This document shows positions 11,601 through 22,700 of a stretch of 64,000 bases of DNA, piece by piece. The position numbers and the translations under genes were made by a program. This stretch comes from Haliotis rubra (lineage: Eukaryota): assembly GCF_003918875.1 (NCBI RefSeq), contig NW_025767734.1, forward strand, positions 186,001-250,000. Reading direction: 5' to 3'. Every line of letters begins with the position of its first letter. Position 1 is the stretch's first letter. The notes beneath the pieces are model-generated. The model was not told the origin of the DNA, did not search any database, and saw only the letters and a list, made by a program, of their open reading frames with translations.

Positions 11601-14600
11601 AAAAATAAACGTTTCACTAATTTTCCCCCGACTTTTCGGGGGAAAACTGGTTTCAACAGCTGGGCTGCGCTGATAGTACGTGCGCAGTGAAATAGGTTCG
11701 CGCAACTTGGAAGCAGGCTGTCCGGTGAATACTTGGTGAAGGCTTTGGTGTGAGCTATTTTCCTAATGTTTTTGTTGATATCTCACAGGCGCGAGCTTTT
11801 TATATGTTACGACTGTAAATAAACTGTTTATATAATTTCATTTGTCTATTTCACCACACGTTCTTCTTACCGAGTCACTTTCTCAGTTCGATACTTAAAA
11901 GCAATATCATTATTTAGCGTTGACAGTATTTCTAACTGTGATATAGATATGTCGTTGTCACAGACAAAACTCAATGTCTTGTTTTATTGACACCTGTGTG
12001 TCTGCCTGCCTGTCTACTAATGACAATATTCAATACAAAACTGCGATCACTTACCACATGCAATTTGAACTTAACACCAATCAGGCTATACACCATAAAC
12101 AAAACGCATTGATTTATGGCCCGAGTTCGGTCTCTGTCACATTATGTAATTACACAGACAGGCAGGTGTGATACTTGAACACATGACATGTTATGATGTC
12201 TGTTGATTGCATAATGTTATACACAAAAAATGAGCATGTATTTACAAAAACAACATCTGTATATATACACACACAATGAGCCGTGCTTAAATGATCAAGA
12301 TTGTTTACAGTATTTGAGGATAGTAACACTAGGTCACACACCCAATACAGTGGTACAACATGAGCATACAGGTGTTTCAGTCATTTGCTGCCACTGCATC
12401 ATAACACTGCAAGTATTAAGAAATAAAGCAGGAAGCAACAATTTTACGTGAAAAAGAATACCATTTTTTTATACCCATAAACATTTTTCAGGAATTCGTC
12501 TTCGATTTGAAGGCAAGGCCTATGTACACTGGACAGAGAGGCATACAAGAGGTTCTGGAGACAACCGACGAACAGAGACCCGACACTACTCTGCCCGAGA
12601 ACAGTACTTCAACCAGGACATACTGCTGGCTGGTAGATGTACGTATCATGTCATTTGTCCATCAAAACTGAGAAATTTGGGCAGCAGTGGGAACCAGAAA
12701 TCATTAACAGTTCTATGTCTGGTTCATGTAACCATGACAACGTGGCAGCCATCTATAAAGACTGCTTGTATTGTTCTTGAAAAGAAATAGTGACAAATGA
12801 AAACAATCTGATTTTGTTCACAACTGCTGCATGTTGTATTGTGTCATGTGCATGACAGAAGTTCCAATATTGATTTTTGTACATGCTCTTTGAAGTCCCA
12901 TCTTACTGAGCCAAGCTGATTAATGTAGCCATGGCATTTCACAACTGCCACAAGCTTACTTGTATCTCTGTTCCTTGTAGGGAAGCAGCAGTCGGGGGAT
13001 GACATCCATCTGCCCGCTGGCCGCCACACCTTTCCATTTGCGTTTCAACTCCCCACAGCTTCCATCATCCTTTGAAGGAGAACACGGTCATGTTCGATAC
13101 ACGGCTAAAGGAATCATTGATAAACCATGGAAGTTCGATCACGAAACAAAAAGGCCATTCACAGTGATTTGTTTGCTGGATCTGAACCGGGATCCAAATG
13201 CTATGGTAAGCCATTTTAAGCAGGCCAAGATGCTGATTATGTGTTCTGGTCAATCAATCTTAGCTGTATCACATGGGCTGTGATAACACTTTAGCTCAAT
13301 GCATGGTTCTGAATGTTAAGTATAGGCTGCCCGGATGTAGCTTAAAAATTGTTGAATGCGGCTTAAACAACATTCACACACTTCACCAAAACAGGTCAGC
13401 ATGTATACATGCAATATAACGAGCCTTATGTCTCTGATTGTCTTTTGAATGCTTCAAACTCCTCTCGTCTGTGAGCATTGTATGATTAACCAAGGCAAGA
13501 ACATGATGAACAATTCTCTACAGTTAGATAGGATTTTCATCTTCATGAGTTCAAATGGGACATCATAGTATTACACAGAAAAAAAGCTGTTAAAGCTGAG
13601 TAAGACACTTAGTATCAAATGAGTTGTAACCATGGGAAGTCATCCTTGTATTTGATTTATGATGAGGAAATGCATTCAATAACTAAGAAAATGTATTATT
13701 TGTCCTTAACTTGTCTCATATTGTTTGATCTGCTCTCCCTTAACCCAAAATAAAGGGGAAATGGTCTGTGTTACGTTCCTCAAGAACAGTAAAAACATTT
13801 CACCCAAATGCACCCCTCTATCGCAGATGCACACCAGCTAAAGTGACTCACTCTATGTTTCCCCCATCAGGATGGTAGGGAAGATTTTCTGTGTTCTGTT
13901 AATCCAAGCCATCCTATAAAAATTATAAAGATATTTTCAAAGTTTTTGGCTTTGTTTATTGTTTTAGGCCTTTGATTTTTCATATCTATTGATGGATTTT
14001 CCTAATCTATTAGTGGATTTTTCTAGTTGGCATTTAATTAAGTGTATTTTCAACTTAATTACGTTCCCAATTTCTTCAGAAAAAACTATTCTACATGTGT
14101 AAATATTGAGTATGAGGCCGTGATCAGATGATCTTTGAACTCCTTACGTTGTCACAAGCACTAACAGTGAGAAGCAGACTACAAGTAAGACCTATTCAAA
14201 GATTCCTGAGATCATTTCTAGATCATCAGGGTCTCAAGTTTTGTCTTCCTTCATATCTGAAGCTGTACATTGTTTGGTGGGCTGTCATGTCAATGTCTGC
14301 ATTAGAAGACCCAGTTTACATCCTACATCTATATGTGGACACTTCACTTCAAGGCTGGGGGTGGGCTCACTTCAAAATGGAAATAACTGCTGAATTATGG
14401 CATGAAGAAGAGAGATCTCTTCATATCTCCATATCAGCACAAACTATATATAGTGAAACCTGCCAACAGTTGCACCTGTCTAATCCAGCACACTGTTAAA
14501 ACCAGCATAAAAGTTTGGTCCAGCCATTTTACAAAAATATTATGATCATTAAAACATTGTCTAATTCAGCACCTATCTATTCCGTATTCCAGCATGACTT

Positions 14601-17600
14601 TCCAGGCCCAACAAGCAATTTTAACTGTAATTTACACTGTCTAAACCAGCATGGGTATGAGCTGCCCAATCAAGGACCTGTAATCCAAATACACTAATTA
14701 ATCCTCTTGGCACGCTAGATAATCAGGAAGTAGTGATTGCGCGATGAATCAAACGCCCTAAGCAGGCATGGGTATGAGCAGTCCAATCAGGGTCCCTTAA
14801 TCCAATACACTTCTCTCAGCACGCTAGACTGAGAGATTGACGAGTGTAAATGGCTGCCATGTTCGAAAATGATCGTCACTGGGTAAACCAGCATTTTATT
14901 TCGGTCACGTGGGATGCCGGTTTAGACAAGTTTCACTGTATTATCAGTTCAACCTACACTCACTTGTTGACAACTAAAGGATGCATGTTGCACCTTTCCT
15001 TGATCACGATGATCAAACCATAGCAACACTGCAATGATCAAATAAGTGTTTGGTCAATATGGAGAACAACTTGTTGGTTGATGAATACAGAAGAGTTGAT
15101 TTCTTGTAGATGCCAGCTCAAGGTGCCAATTCAAAGACATTATGCTGCTGGTGCTGTGCATCAGGACCAATCTCTGCCAACTTCACCATTGACAGACAAG
15201 GATACGTTCCCGGAGAAGCCATCATTCTGAAAGCTGAAATTGACAACCAGACAAGCAGGAGAATAAAGTCGTCGTCTGTGAAATTGACAATGGTGAGTTT
15301 AATAGTTCTACGATCAAGTGTGATATCTGGACATAATGATATGGAAATAATGTCTCCAGGTTACAAAATACTATGTCAGGTTTAGTTTATTGTTTGCAGT
15401 TTTCATTGTCATTGCATATATTTCTGTGTTTTATTTTATTGTGTTAATATATTTGAGATAGCGGTACATTGTCTACTTCTTTGTTAGATGGTGCATGTTT
15501 TACATCAGTCTAAGTAAACTTAGGCTCAGTATTATTCGTTACACTGCTATACTGAGTCTTAACAAAACCTAGTAGAAGGTCGCGTCAGCTAACCTTTGAG
15601 GGACCTTGACCGTCCAATCAAACGCGAGACGGCCGAACAGATTTAACCAATCAAACAACGACTACCTGTTAGGGTTCGGCGGGACTTACAAAACGTTTTT
15701 TGAATTTTCTCTTCCCTGGTCGCTGACACTGATCTATCAACAAATGAAAATCCGCATAAAACACAGATATTTGACCTGTAGTATATACGCTTATGGGTTT
15801 CTAATAACATGGTTACTGTTGCTTATATTTTCGCAACTGTTTACTGTTTTCTGGTTATTGCTTATATCACTCGGAAGCGATCGTGCGGAAAATAGCATTC
15901 AGAACTGTTCGAGGTTTTTAGGTAAAGCTTCAAACGGTATGTGCAAATGTTACCTTTCGCGATTTGGTAAGCTGTGTTCTGATTGGTCAGTCCAAAAGGT
16001 TAGCTGACGCGACCTTCTACAATTTTTGTTAGATTCAGTATAGCAGTGTAACGAATAATACTAAGCCTAAGTTTACTTAGACTGGTTTTACATATAATAT
16101 GCTGCTGTTTCTTACCACTTGGGCTCCTTTACCCTTGGCTGCAGGTGACTAAGTTCCATGCTACCACCAAAACAAGAACCTCAAGTCGTGTGATTGCCAA
16201 ACTGAAGCATGGGGAGATCGACGAGGGTGGACATGATTACTGGAATGGTGACCAGTTGGTTATTCCTCCTTTGCCGCCATCGTTTCTTGCTGGCTGCAAC
16301 ATCATTGACATCAGATACGTTGTGCAGGTGAGATGTTTACACGAACATTTCTATATTCACTGAACCATTCCACCTGAGCCTTGATGGTGGGACTAACAGG
16401 ATCGGGTGGTCAGGCTCACTGACTTGGTGGTACACATGTCATCGTATCCCAATTGCGTAGATGGATGCTCATGCTGTTGATCACAGGTCTGGTCTGGCCC
16501 AGACCCCGGTTATTTACAGACCCCCGCCATATAGCTGTAATAATGCTTAGTGCGGCGTTAAACAACAACCAAACCAAACCCAAACAAACCATGAAGTTGC
16601 TGAATATTTGCTGACTGCGGCTAAACTACATTGTTACTCATTTTACGTCACTGCCCTCTTTTTGTTTGACAAGGGATGAAACATTTTGTTGTGGATATAT
16701 CATACAACAATTTCTTTATTACAGTTTCTCCAACAATGATCTTGAACATTACTGTGTACTAGTTTATGTTTGTCTTCCGTATACACTTGTAAATGTAGTT
16801 ACTTCTTATGCTGACAGAATGAAGGTCACACATGTTTTATAGAGTTGTTGTGGGTTCTCCCATGTCACACACTAACCTCTGTTTTGTTTGTCATAAGAGG
16901 CGACTAACAGGATCAGGAGGTCAGGCTCTCTGACTTGGTTGGCACATGTCATCGTATCCAGGTAACGTAGATCGATGCTCATGATGTTGATCACTGGATT
17001 GTCTGGTCCAGACGCGATTATTTACAGACTGCTGCCTATATATAACTGGAATATTGCTGAGTGCGGTGTTAAACAATCAAATAACCAACCAACCTCTGTT
17101 ATGTTTACAGCTTGAAGTGACCCCGTCGGGACCCAGCTTTGATCTTGAGGTCCCTCTACAAGTAATAATTGGCACCATCCCTCTGCAAAGTATTCTAGCT
17201 CAGCATCCGCCAATGGCCCCTCCTGTAGGGGCCCCCATGATCATGCCACACCCCGGAATGGCTGGTGGAGCCTACCCCCCACCTGGTGCAGGAGCTTACC
17301 CCCAACCAGGGGCAGGAGCATATCCCCCTCCTGGTGCAGGAGCCCCCCAGCCAGGGGCCTACCCACCTCCTACAGGAGCCTACCCCCCAGGAGAGTCTCT
17401 ACCCCCAGGAGCCCCCCCAGCCTATCCCCCTGGAATGCCGACGAATTTGCCAAATTTACGTGAGTAGAATTACGTCAAACATGTTAAAAAACAGAGGGTT
17501 TGAATTATGAGAGAATACTACAGTGTTTTGAAATCTGTGGTCGTCAGACTGTAGATTGGATGCTTCTTATGTTTATCCCCCTGCAACGCGTTTTGCTGGG

Positions 17601-19412
17601 GGTATTAAAATAGACTCTGTCCGTGCACATTCGTCTATTCCGGAGCAGAACTTTAAAACCATTCACTATTTCTTCACCAAACTTGGCACATATGTAGATT
17701 GGTCTGGTGGTGAACTGGTGCCCTTTGGTAGTTTTGGAATTCTCAATACAATATTTTTTGCGTTGCAGGGAATATAGAAATGAGTTCCCTCCGTCCGTCC
17801 GTCACACTTTGTCCGAAGCATATCTCCTAAACTATTCGTGATAGCTTAACCAAACTTGGTACACATGTCAACCATGATCCCTATATGTGCCTTTTGGGGG
17901 TTAGACCAAGATATGAATTTTATTTTTTGCTGTTTCCATGGAAACATGACTTATGCTGTGACTTTGAGGATGCCACCTTGCCCAGAGCAGATCTCCTAAA
18001 CTATACATACTAGCTTCATCAAACTTGGTACACATATGAAGCATGATCCCTAGATGTGCCTTTTGAGGGTTAAAACCCCAGATATGAATTTTGTTTTTTG
18101 TGGTTTCCATGGAAATGTGACTTAGGCTGTGACTATGAGGATGTCATCTTGTTGCATTTCCATGGCAACAAGTTAGGCTTCAACTGAATTTGGTGGTATT
18201 GCTCTTTTCTGGAGCAGATCTTGAAAACTTTTCAATTCTCTCCTTCCACTTTGCTATATACACTCCAAAACATTTGACAGAATCATAAGTAGTAGACATA
18301 TTCATAAATAGTATTTTGCCAGGGATATTGATGACTTTGTTTTCTTGTTTTATTTTGAATCAGTGGCTTCACCTGAAGGAAGCAATGTACACCGGCACCG
18401 GTCTAATCCGGCACACTGTCAAAACCAGCATAAAATTTTGATCCCGTCATGTTACAACAATATTGTGATCATTAAAACAATGTCTAATCCGGCACCTGTC
18501 TATTCCGTATTCCGGCACGATAGACTAGGACTGATTGTGGATAAAAGTAATGCAAGAGGCATTTTGTAGTAGGTTTTGGTATCCAGGCTAGTTTACCTAT
18601 TTAAAGGGTGCTGATCACGAAAAAATAGGATACCAAGCTGAAAAATATCTTAGTTATATGTTATCTTGATGATTGCTGCAACACAAATGCACAGATACTT
18701 AATACTGTGTGTCGGAGTTACAGATAACGGTTGGGTCATTGAGTTATGTACTCGCTGGTGTTCATCTCAATTGGGTATCCAAAGTTTCCTTTGAGTAACC
18801 AAATAAATTGTACCCACCTCACTCAAATTCAATTGGCTATTTTGCCATTTTCCATTAATTGTAAAAACATAATACAATTTAAATGTTGGTTTACGTGTTT
18901 GTTATATATACATGTATATATTTGATCAGTGATATGAGAAATGATAAGAAGGACTGCAAGTTGCCAAGTTAATGTGTTGAAATAGAACCTCTCAATATAC
19001 CTCAGTTACTCCATCTATCCTCAGTAATGCCCAAGTTAAGATTTGACATTTTTGTGTGTACGCATGTAAGATCAAATTTATTGAGTATTTACACAAATTC
19101 AAGCGTGCTTGTACGCAACAGACTTAATATGAATTGAGTTTTCACATAAATGTTTGCGTAATTTATGCAGATGCGCAGCTTACCTGAACCTCTGTGTTTT
19201 AGTTTTCATGTCATCCTTGTAAGAGGAGTTGTGATTATCATTGTGAAATGCTGTTTGCTTCAGCCCCACCATCATATGGAGAGTGTGTGTTTGGGAAGGT
19301 CGACATCAAGGAGGAAGGGGAGAGTGAGCACCTACAGGGTGACAACAGATATGCCCCCGTCTACACGTACTACGACTGGGGCCACAAGCCCTCCGCCCCT
19401 CCTTCAGAGTAG
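2693..19412 (+). CDS. Alpha-arrestin / arrestin domain-containing protein (ARRDC/TXNIP family), paralog 1; 7 coding exons; apparent 2-nt frameshift in exon 3
   Basis: Manually spliced, GT-AG: join(2693..2810,12492..12638,12981..13205,15110..15292,16145..16327,17111..17459,19264..19412). Translation: MGKLNMFVVSFSNLQGVYYAGQIVQGHVTVEL..GIRLRFEGKAYVHWTE..LPAGRHTFPFAFQL/LPSSFEGEHGHVRY..KTLCCWCCASGPI..GYVPGEAI..IPPLPPS..CNIIDIRY..VIIGTIPL, then a Pro-rich GAYPPP tail and PPPSY (PPxY). About 451 aa if the frameshift is corrected. Confidence 0.93.
4326..7790 (+). pseudogene. DIRS ORF1 (gag-like), frameshifted and split by the 5871-7420 insertion
   Basis: Ser/Arg/Pro-rich ORF pieces (4326, 4784, 5226). 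Removing the insertion joins LDTISRRM to FFGLNRSRTVNETL..TMARRQGLLAS..PLLFGG in frame. Confidence 0.7.
5871..7420. mobile_element. Non-autonomous DNA transposon (hAT-like CAG termini, 5-bp TSD) nested in DIRS gag
   Basis: TIR CAGTGTTTCCG ... CGGAAACACTG; TSD GAATG at 5866-5870 and 7421-7425; subterminal ACCGG/ACCAG repeats. Confidence 0.88.
7790..8975 (+). pseudogene. DIRS RT C-terminus, RNase H and DNA N6-adenine methyltransferase-like domain (RT core missing, frameshifted)
   Basis: RT end: LGWLVNLLKSDLEPTQDLQFLG. RNase H: YVDASLQGWG, HINLLEM, HTDNSTV..YVNKQG, HIPGAKNVLADALSR. Methyltransferase-like: VDLFDTRFNEQL, SPVPDP, W.GL..PP..LIPQVLRKI. Confidence 0.9.
8980..10030 (+). pseudogene. DIRS tyrosine recombinase (phage integrase family), frameshifted
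   Basis: KTLSLLSLATAARMSEIHAL, CPVRALKIYL, HEIRALAST and FANHYLRD give the R-H-R-Y catalytic signature across ORFs 9056 and 9628. Confidence 0.92.
10081..10460. repeat. Degenerate tandem array (~5 units, 50-100 bp) of palindromic hairpins in the DIRS 3' non-coding region
   Basis: GCTTAAG-N9-13-CTTAAGC five times (the fifth begins ACTTAAG); AACTY-N4-GAGTT three times. Confidence 0.8.
11483..12286. mobile_element. Non-autonomous TTAA-flanked DNA transposon (Kolobok-like), truncated copy
   Basis: Begins TTAA|AGGTCACATGCAAC and is the reverse complement of ~60469-61312. Confidence 0.75.
14120..14430 (+). mobile_element. Second DIRS-type RNase H fragment
   Basis: SQALTVRSRLQVRPIQ..LHLYVDTSLQGWG, homologous to ORF 7772. 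Confidence 0.8.
14451..14938. mobile_element. Tc1/pogo-type MITE (TA-flanked); partial second copy at ~18390-18520
   Basis: Degenerate ends TAGTGAAACCTG / CAAGTTTCACTG|TA; internal TGTCTAATCCRGCAC repeats shared with 18390-18520. Confidence 0.6.
15506..16084. mobile_element. MITE with ~95-bp TIRs and 9-bp TSD
   Basis: CAGTCTAAGTAAACTTAGGCT.. / ..AGCCTAAGTTTACTTAGACTG; TSD GTTTTACAT on both sides. Confidence 0.92.
16389..16590 (+). mobile_element. SINE-like retroelement family A, 5'-truncated
   Basis: Homologous to 43358-43605. Confidence 0.8.
16886..17092 (+). mobile_element. SINE-like retroelement family A, 5'-truncated
   Basis: Homologous to 43358-43605; ends just upstream of the exon 6 acceptor. 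Confidence 0.8.
17570..18350 (+). mobile_element. Helentron-associated (HINE/DINE-like) non-autonomous element with internal tandem core repeats
   Basis: TTTATCCCCC..GGGGGTAT hairpin start, GTCC microsatellite, ~180-bp core repeats containing CAAACTTGGYACA, and a T-rich end. Confidence 0.6.
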
Positions 19413-19792
19413 ATATGAGGGGTCTGATGTAGATTGTAACCGCTGTCTATACGTACTACGACTGGGGTCACAAGCCCTCTGCCCCTCCTTCAGATTAGAT
19501 ATGAGGGGGGGGGGGCTGATGTAGATTGTAACCCCTGTCCACATGTACTACGACTGGGGTCACAAGCTCTCGGCCCCTCCTTCAGATTAGATATGAGGGG
19601 GGCTGAAGTAGATTGTAACCCCTGTCTATACGTACTACGACTGGGGTCACAAGCCCTCTGCCCTCCTTCAGATTAGATTTGAGGGGGGCTGAAGTAGATT
19701 GTTACCCCTGTCTAGACATACTACAACTGGGGCCACAAGCCCTCCGCCCCTCCTTCAGATTAGATATCAGGGGGGCTGATGTAGATTGCAAC
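19356..19792 (+). repeat. ~87-bp tandem repeat (5 copies) spanning the last codons and stop of arrestin gene 1
   Basis: GTCTAYACGTACTACGACTGGGGYCACAAGCCCTCYGCCCCTCCTTCAGAKTAGATATGAGGGG..GTAGATTGTAACC, five copies. Confidence 0.92.
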
Positions 19793-22700
19793 ATGACTCT
19801 TGCTCTTGCTATGAAATCAATATAGAGGTTATCAGATAGTGAAGGGGTACATTAGTAAATTACATCTGCCTGCATGTACTGTGCCTGTCTTTGAAAATCT
19901 GTCTACCCTTGCCCTGTGCCTGTAATGTTTCAGATGGACCTTGATCTTCAAAGTCCCATATCCCACAAATGTTATATTTTCCTCCTTTTCTTTTGCTGAC
20001 TTTCCATGGTAACCGTATTGCAAGATGAAGTTATTAACCTCCTCTGTGTGATCCACTGTTGTACACTGTTGTACACAGTCTGTGTACCATGTATTGTATT
20101 GACATTTATATTCCTGTATTTTTATGGTTTTATTGTTTTGTTATACTGATATATGATCCTTTTAGTTTGTTAAGAATCACTGCTTTGAAAGGCAATAAGT
20201 AAAATTGTGCACATTTGTAGAAACAGGTAAAGACACCATTGTGTAAAGACATATTTAATGAACAAAGGTCTGTTTCATCTGCCTACAAACATGTAGCCAA
20301 TAATCAGTCAGTCAATGAGTCAAAATGGGTGTATCTGACACAAACTGAAGTGCAGTTAAATGGCTAAAACAAATCCATGTCCAAGAAACAACTCTGACTC
20401 TTCTCTGGCACCATATGCAGCGTAATGTGGGAAAGCAATCTACAGTTCTGAGGTGTATAGGGAGGTGTATAGGGTTGAGGTAAGCTGACTGGGATGTCTA
20501 CTCAGTGACAACAAAAGTCACCTGCTCTAAGTATGATGGCATGATGAGGTCATATGTTATCATCCAGGAGGATTAAGTCGGTCTGATGAGGCCAGCATGG
20601 TCTCACATACACATCCAGAATGTCGTGGCTGTAGCAAGCACCTGTCAACATTCCTACATGGAGATTGGCTCCTCCAGCTCCACTGATCCCATCCAGAATC
20701 ATCACTGAGCATTCTCCATGTTTGGCTGCATTGGAATCCTGTAGCCGGTCTCTATTTTCCGGGACAATCTATGAAATCTTGACAGTGTCTCATCAGTGAA
20801 AGGTACTAGAGATCATTCTTGGTGTGTCTTCAACAAAAATAATACATGCCTGCCTTTCTTTGTCGGGTCAGTGGGATGTGAATGCATGCCCTCTGTCCTC
20901 TGCTGACATCATATTTTGTTGATCATTTGAGTTTAGTATTCATTCACAATAAATTTGGTTATCCTATACTCTGCCGACAGCAGCATTTGTTTAATATCTG
21001 GTTTTGTTCATAAACTGTTCTACTTGTCCACTTGCTCTATTTCAATATTTTTACATTTGTTGAACTCCTATTTTCAGTTATTAAAGAACTCAGCAAGTAG
21101 CTTAACCAAATATTCAACAGCTATTGCCTGAAAACCAAATATTGTACATTCTTAACCTAAATATAATGCAAATTTGTTTTTGTGTATGTTATACATTTTA
21201 TGTTATTATTATTACTGTGGTTTCTCTTTTTGTTCTCATGCCAAACATACTTTTGATTTTTGTTTTTAAATTTTACAAAACTATTGCATTTTGCATGTTT
21301 TTTATCATCTCTTCAGGTTTGATTTGGATCAGTAGGTGATAAAAAGCAAGTCTTAACCTGGTTTTGGTCCCAATTAAAATCACTGAAAAGAATTTTGTTT
21401 TCGTCATATAGAAAATCCCTGGGATTAGTGTTGTCAAGTCAATCTGATTCATATTTTTTTCTATGTTATATATTTTGTATTCCAGTTTTTTAATTTGATT
21501 GATCCTCAAGCAAACAAAACAAATTGAAGGCCTCAAATACAGGAACACTTTAATAGTTGCTCATATGAGAGAATTTATGTTTCATTGCCCTTTACAGCTC
21601 AGGACGTTTTATGTTGTAGTCATCATGTCTTTGACAAATATGGACATTTTTTTAGCTGATTCTATCATTTTTAGCTATGAACATGGATTTTTCAAACATA
21701 CATAAATAACAAACAAATATTCAAAAATCAGTTCTTGTAAATGAAATGGTATTTCTAAACATACATTTTGCATTAAGACTGATTTTTTTTTTAAATGTCT
21801 TTTGATGAAATCCATTCTTGTCTTTGTATTATCTACATAAAATACAGTAATGTCATGGGGACAATTAAACTACCATAGGAAATGAAAATGAAATTGTGAA
21901 TCAAAATGTCAGGTCTTTCATTGCAGTATTTACATCAACCAAGTTATTTTCTGTTTGTTCAGCTGAAGCAATGCAATTCTTTTTATTGTGTATTTCAGTG
22001 GAGTCTGTCAAAGAACATCCATCAAATCCATCCTCCACAATTCAGCCTGATATTGTGTGACTGTAGGTTTGTCATGCATTTAGTCATCTCGGATCTGGCC
22101 ACTTTCACGCATCTCACTGTTCAGTACTTGCCTCTTGTCGCCAGTATAATTACAGGGTATAGGCCATAGTTTGATTCCTGTATGCAAGACTATCAAACAC
22201 ATTAGGTTGTTACATTTTACATGAGGTACCAAGTAAGTAACTCTATACTGTGACCTTATTTCTGTTTATAACTTATAAACTTATAACTGTTTTATACAAG
22301 ACAGCAGTTCTTCCTGACACTTTAACTCAAAGTTTATTTCATGATTTGATGGATTCTGCCTGAAAGGTCAAGTGTGTTGTTGTCAAGTCTGTGTCAGGTG
22401 TTGCCAGTTGTAGCTCAGGTTCGTGTTTCTCAGGACTCCACAAGCAATCTCTGTCAGCAGTCTCTGTGCCCCTTCAGCATTTAGGTAATATGAATGCCAT
22501 ACATTTAGAAAATACCTTAGCATTTCATTCTCATTTCATTATTTAATCAACTTATGTGTGTCAGTATGTATATATTTCTATTTAATCAGCCAAAGACATT
22601 TTATATATTATATAATCCTAATTGCAGTTACCTTTGACAGTGTTGTGGTATTTGCATGGATACCATGACAACACTGAAATTGCTTTTTAAGGTATTTTTT

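Noticed and set aside
19410-19500. Stop-codon readthrough into the repeated C-terminal units
   Set aside because: TAG is followed two codons later by an in-frame TGA (TAG ATA TGA).
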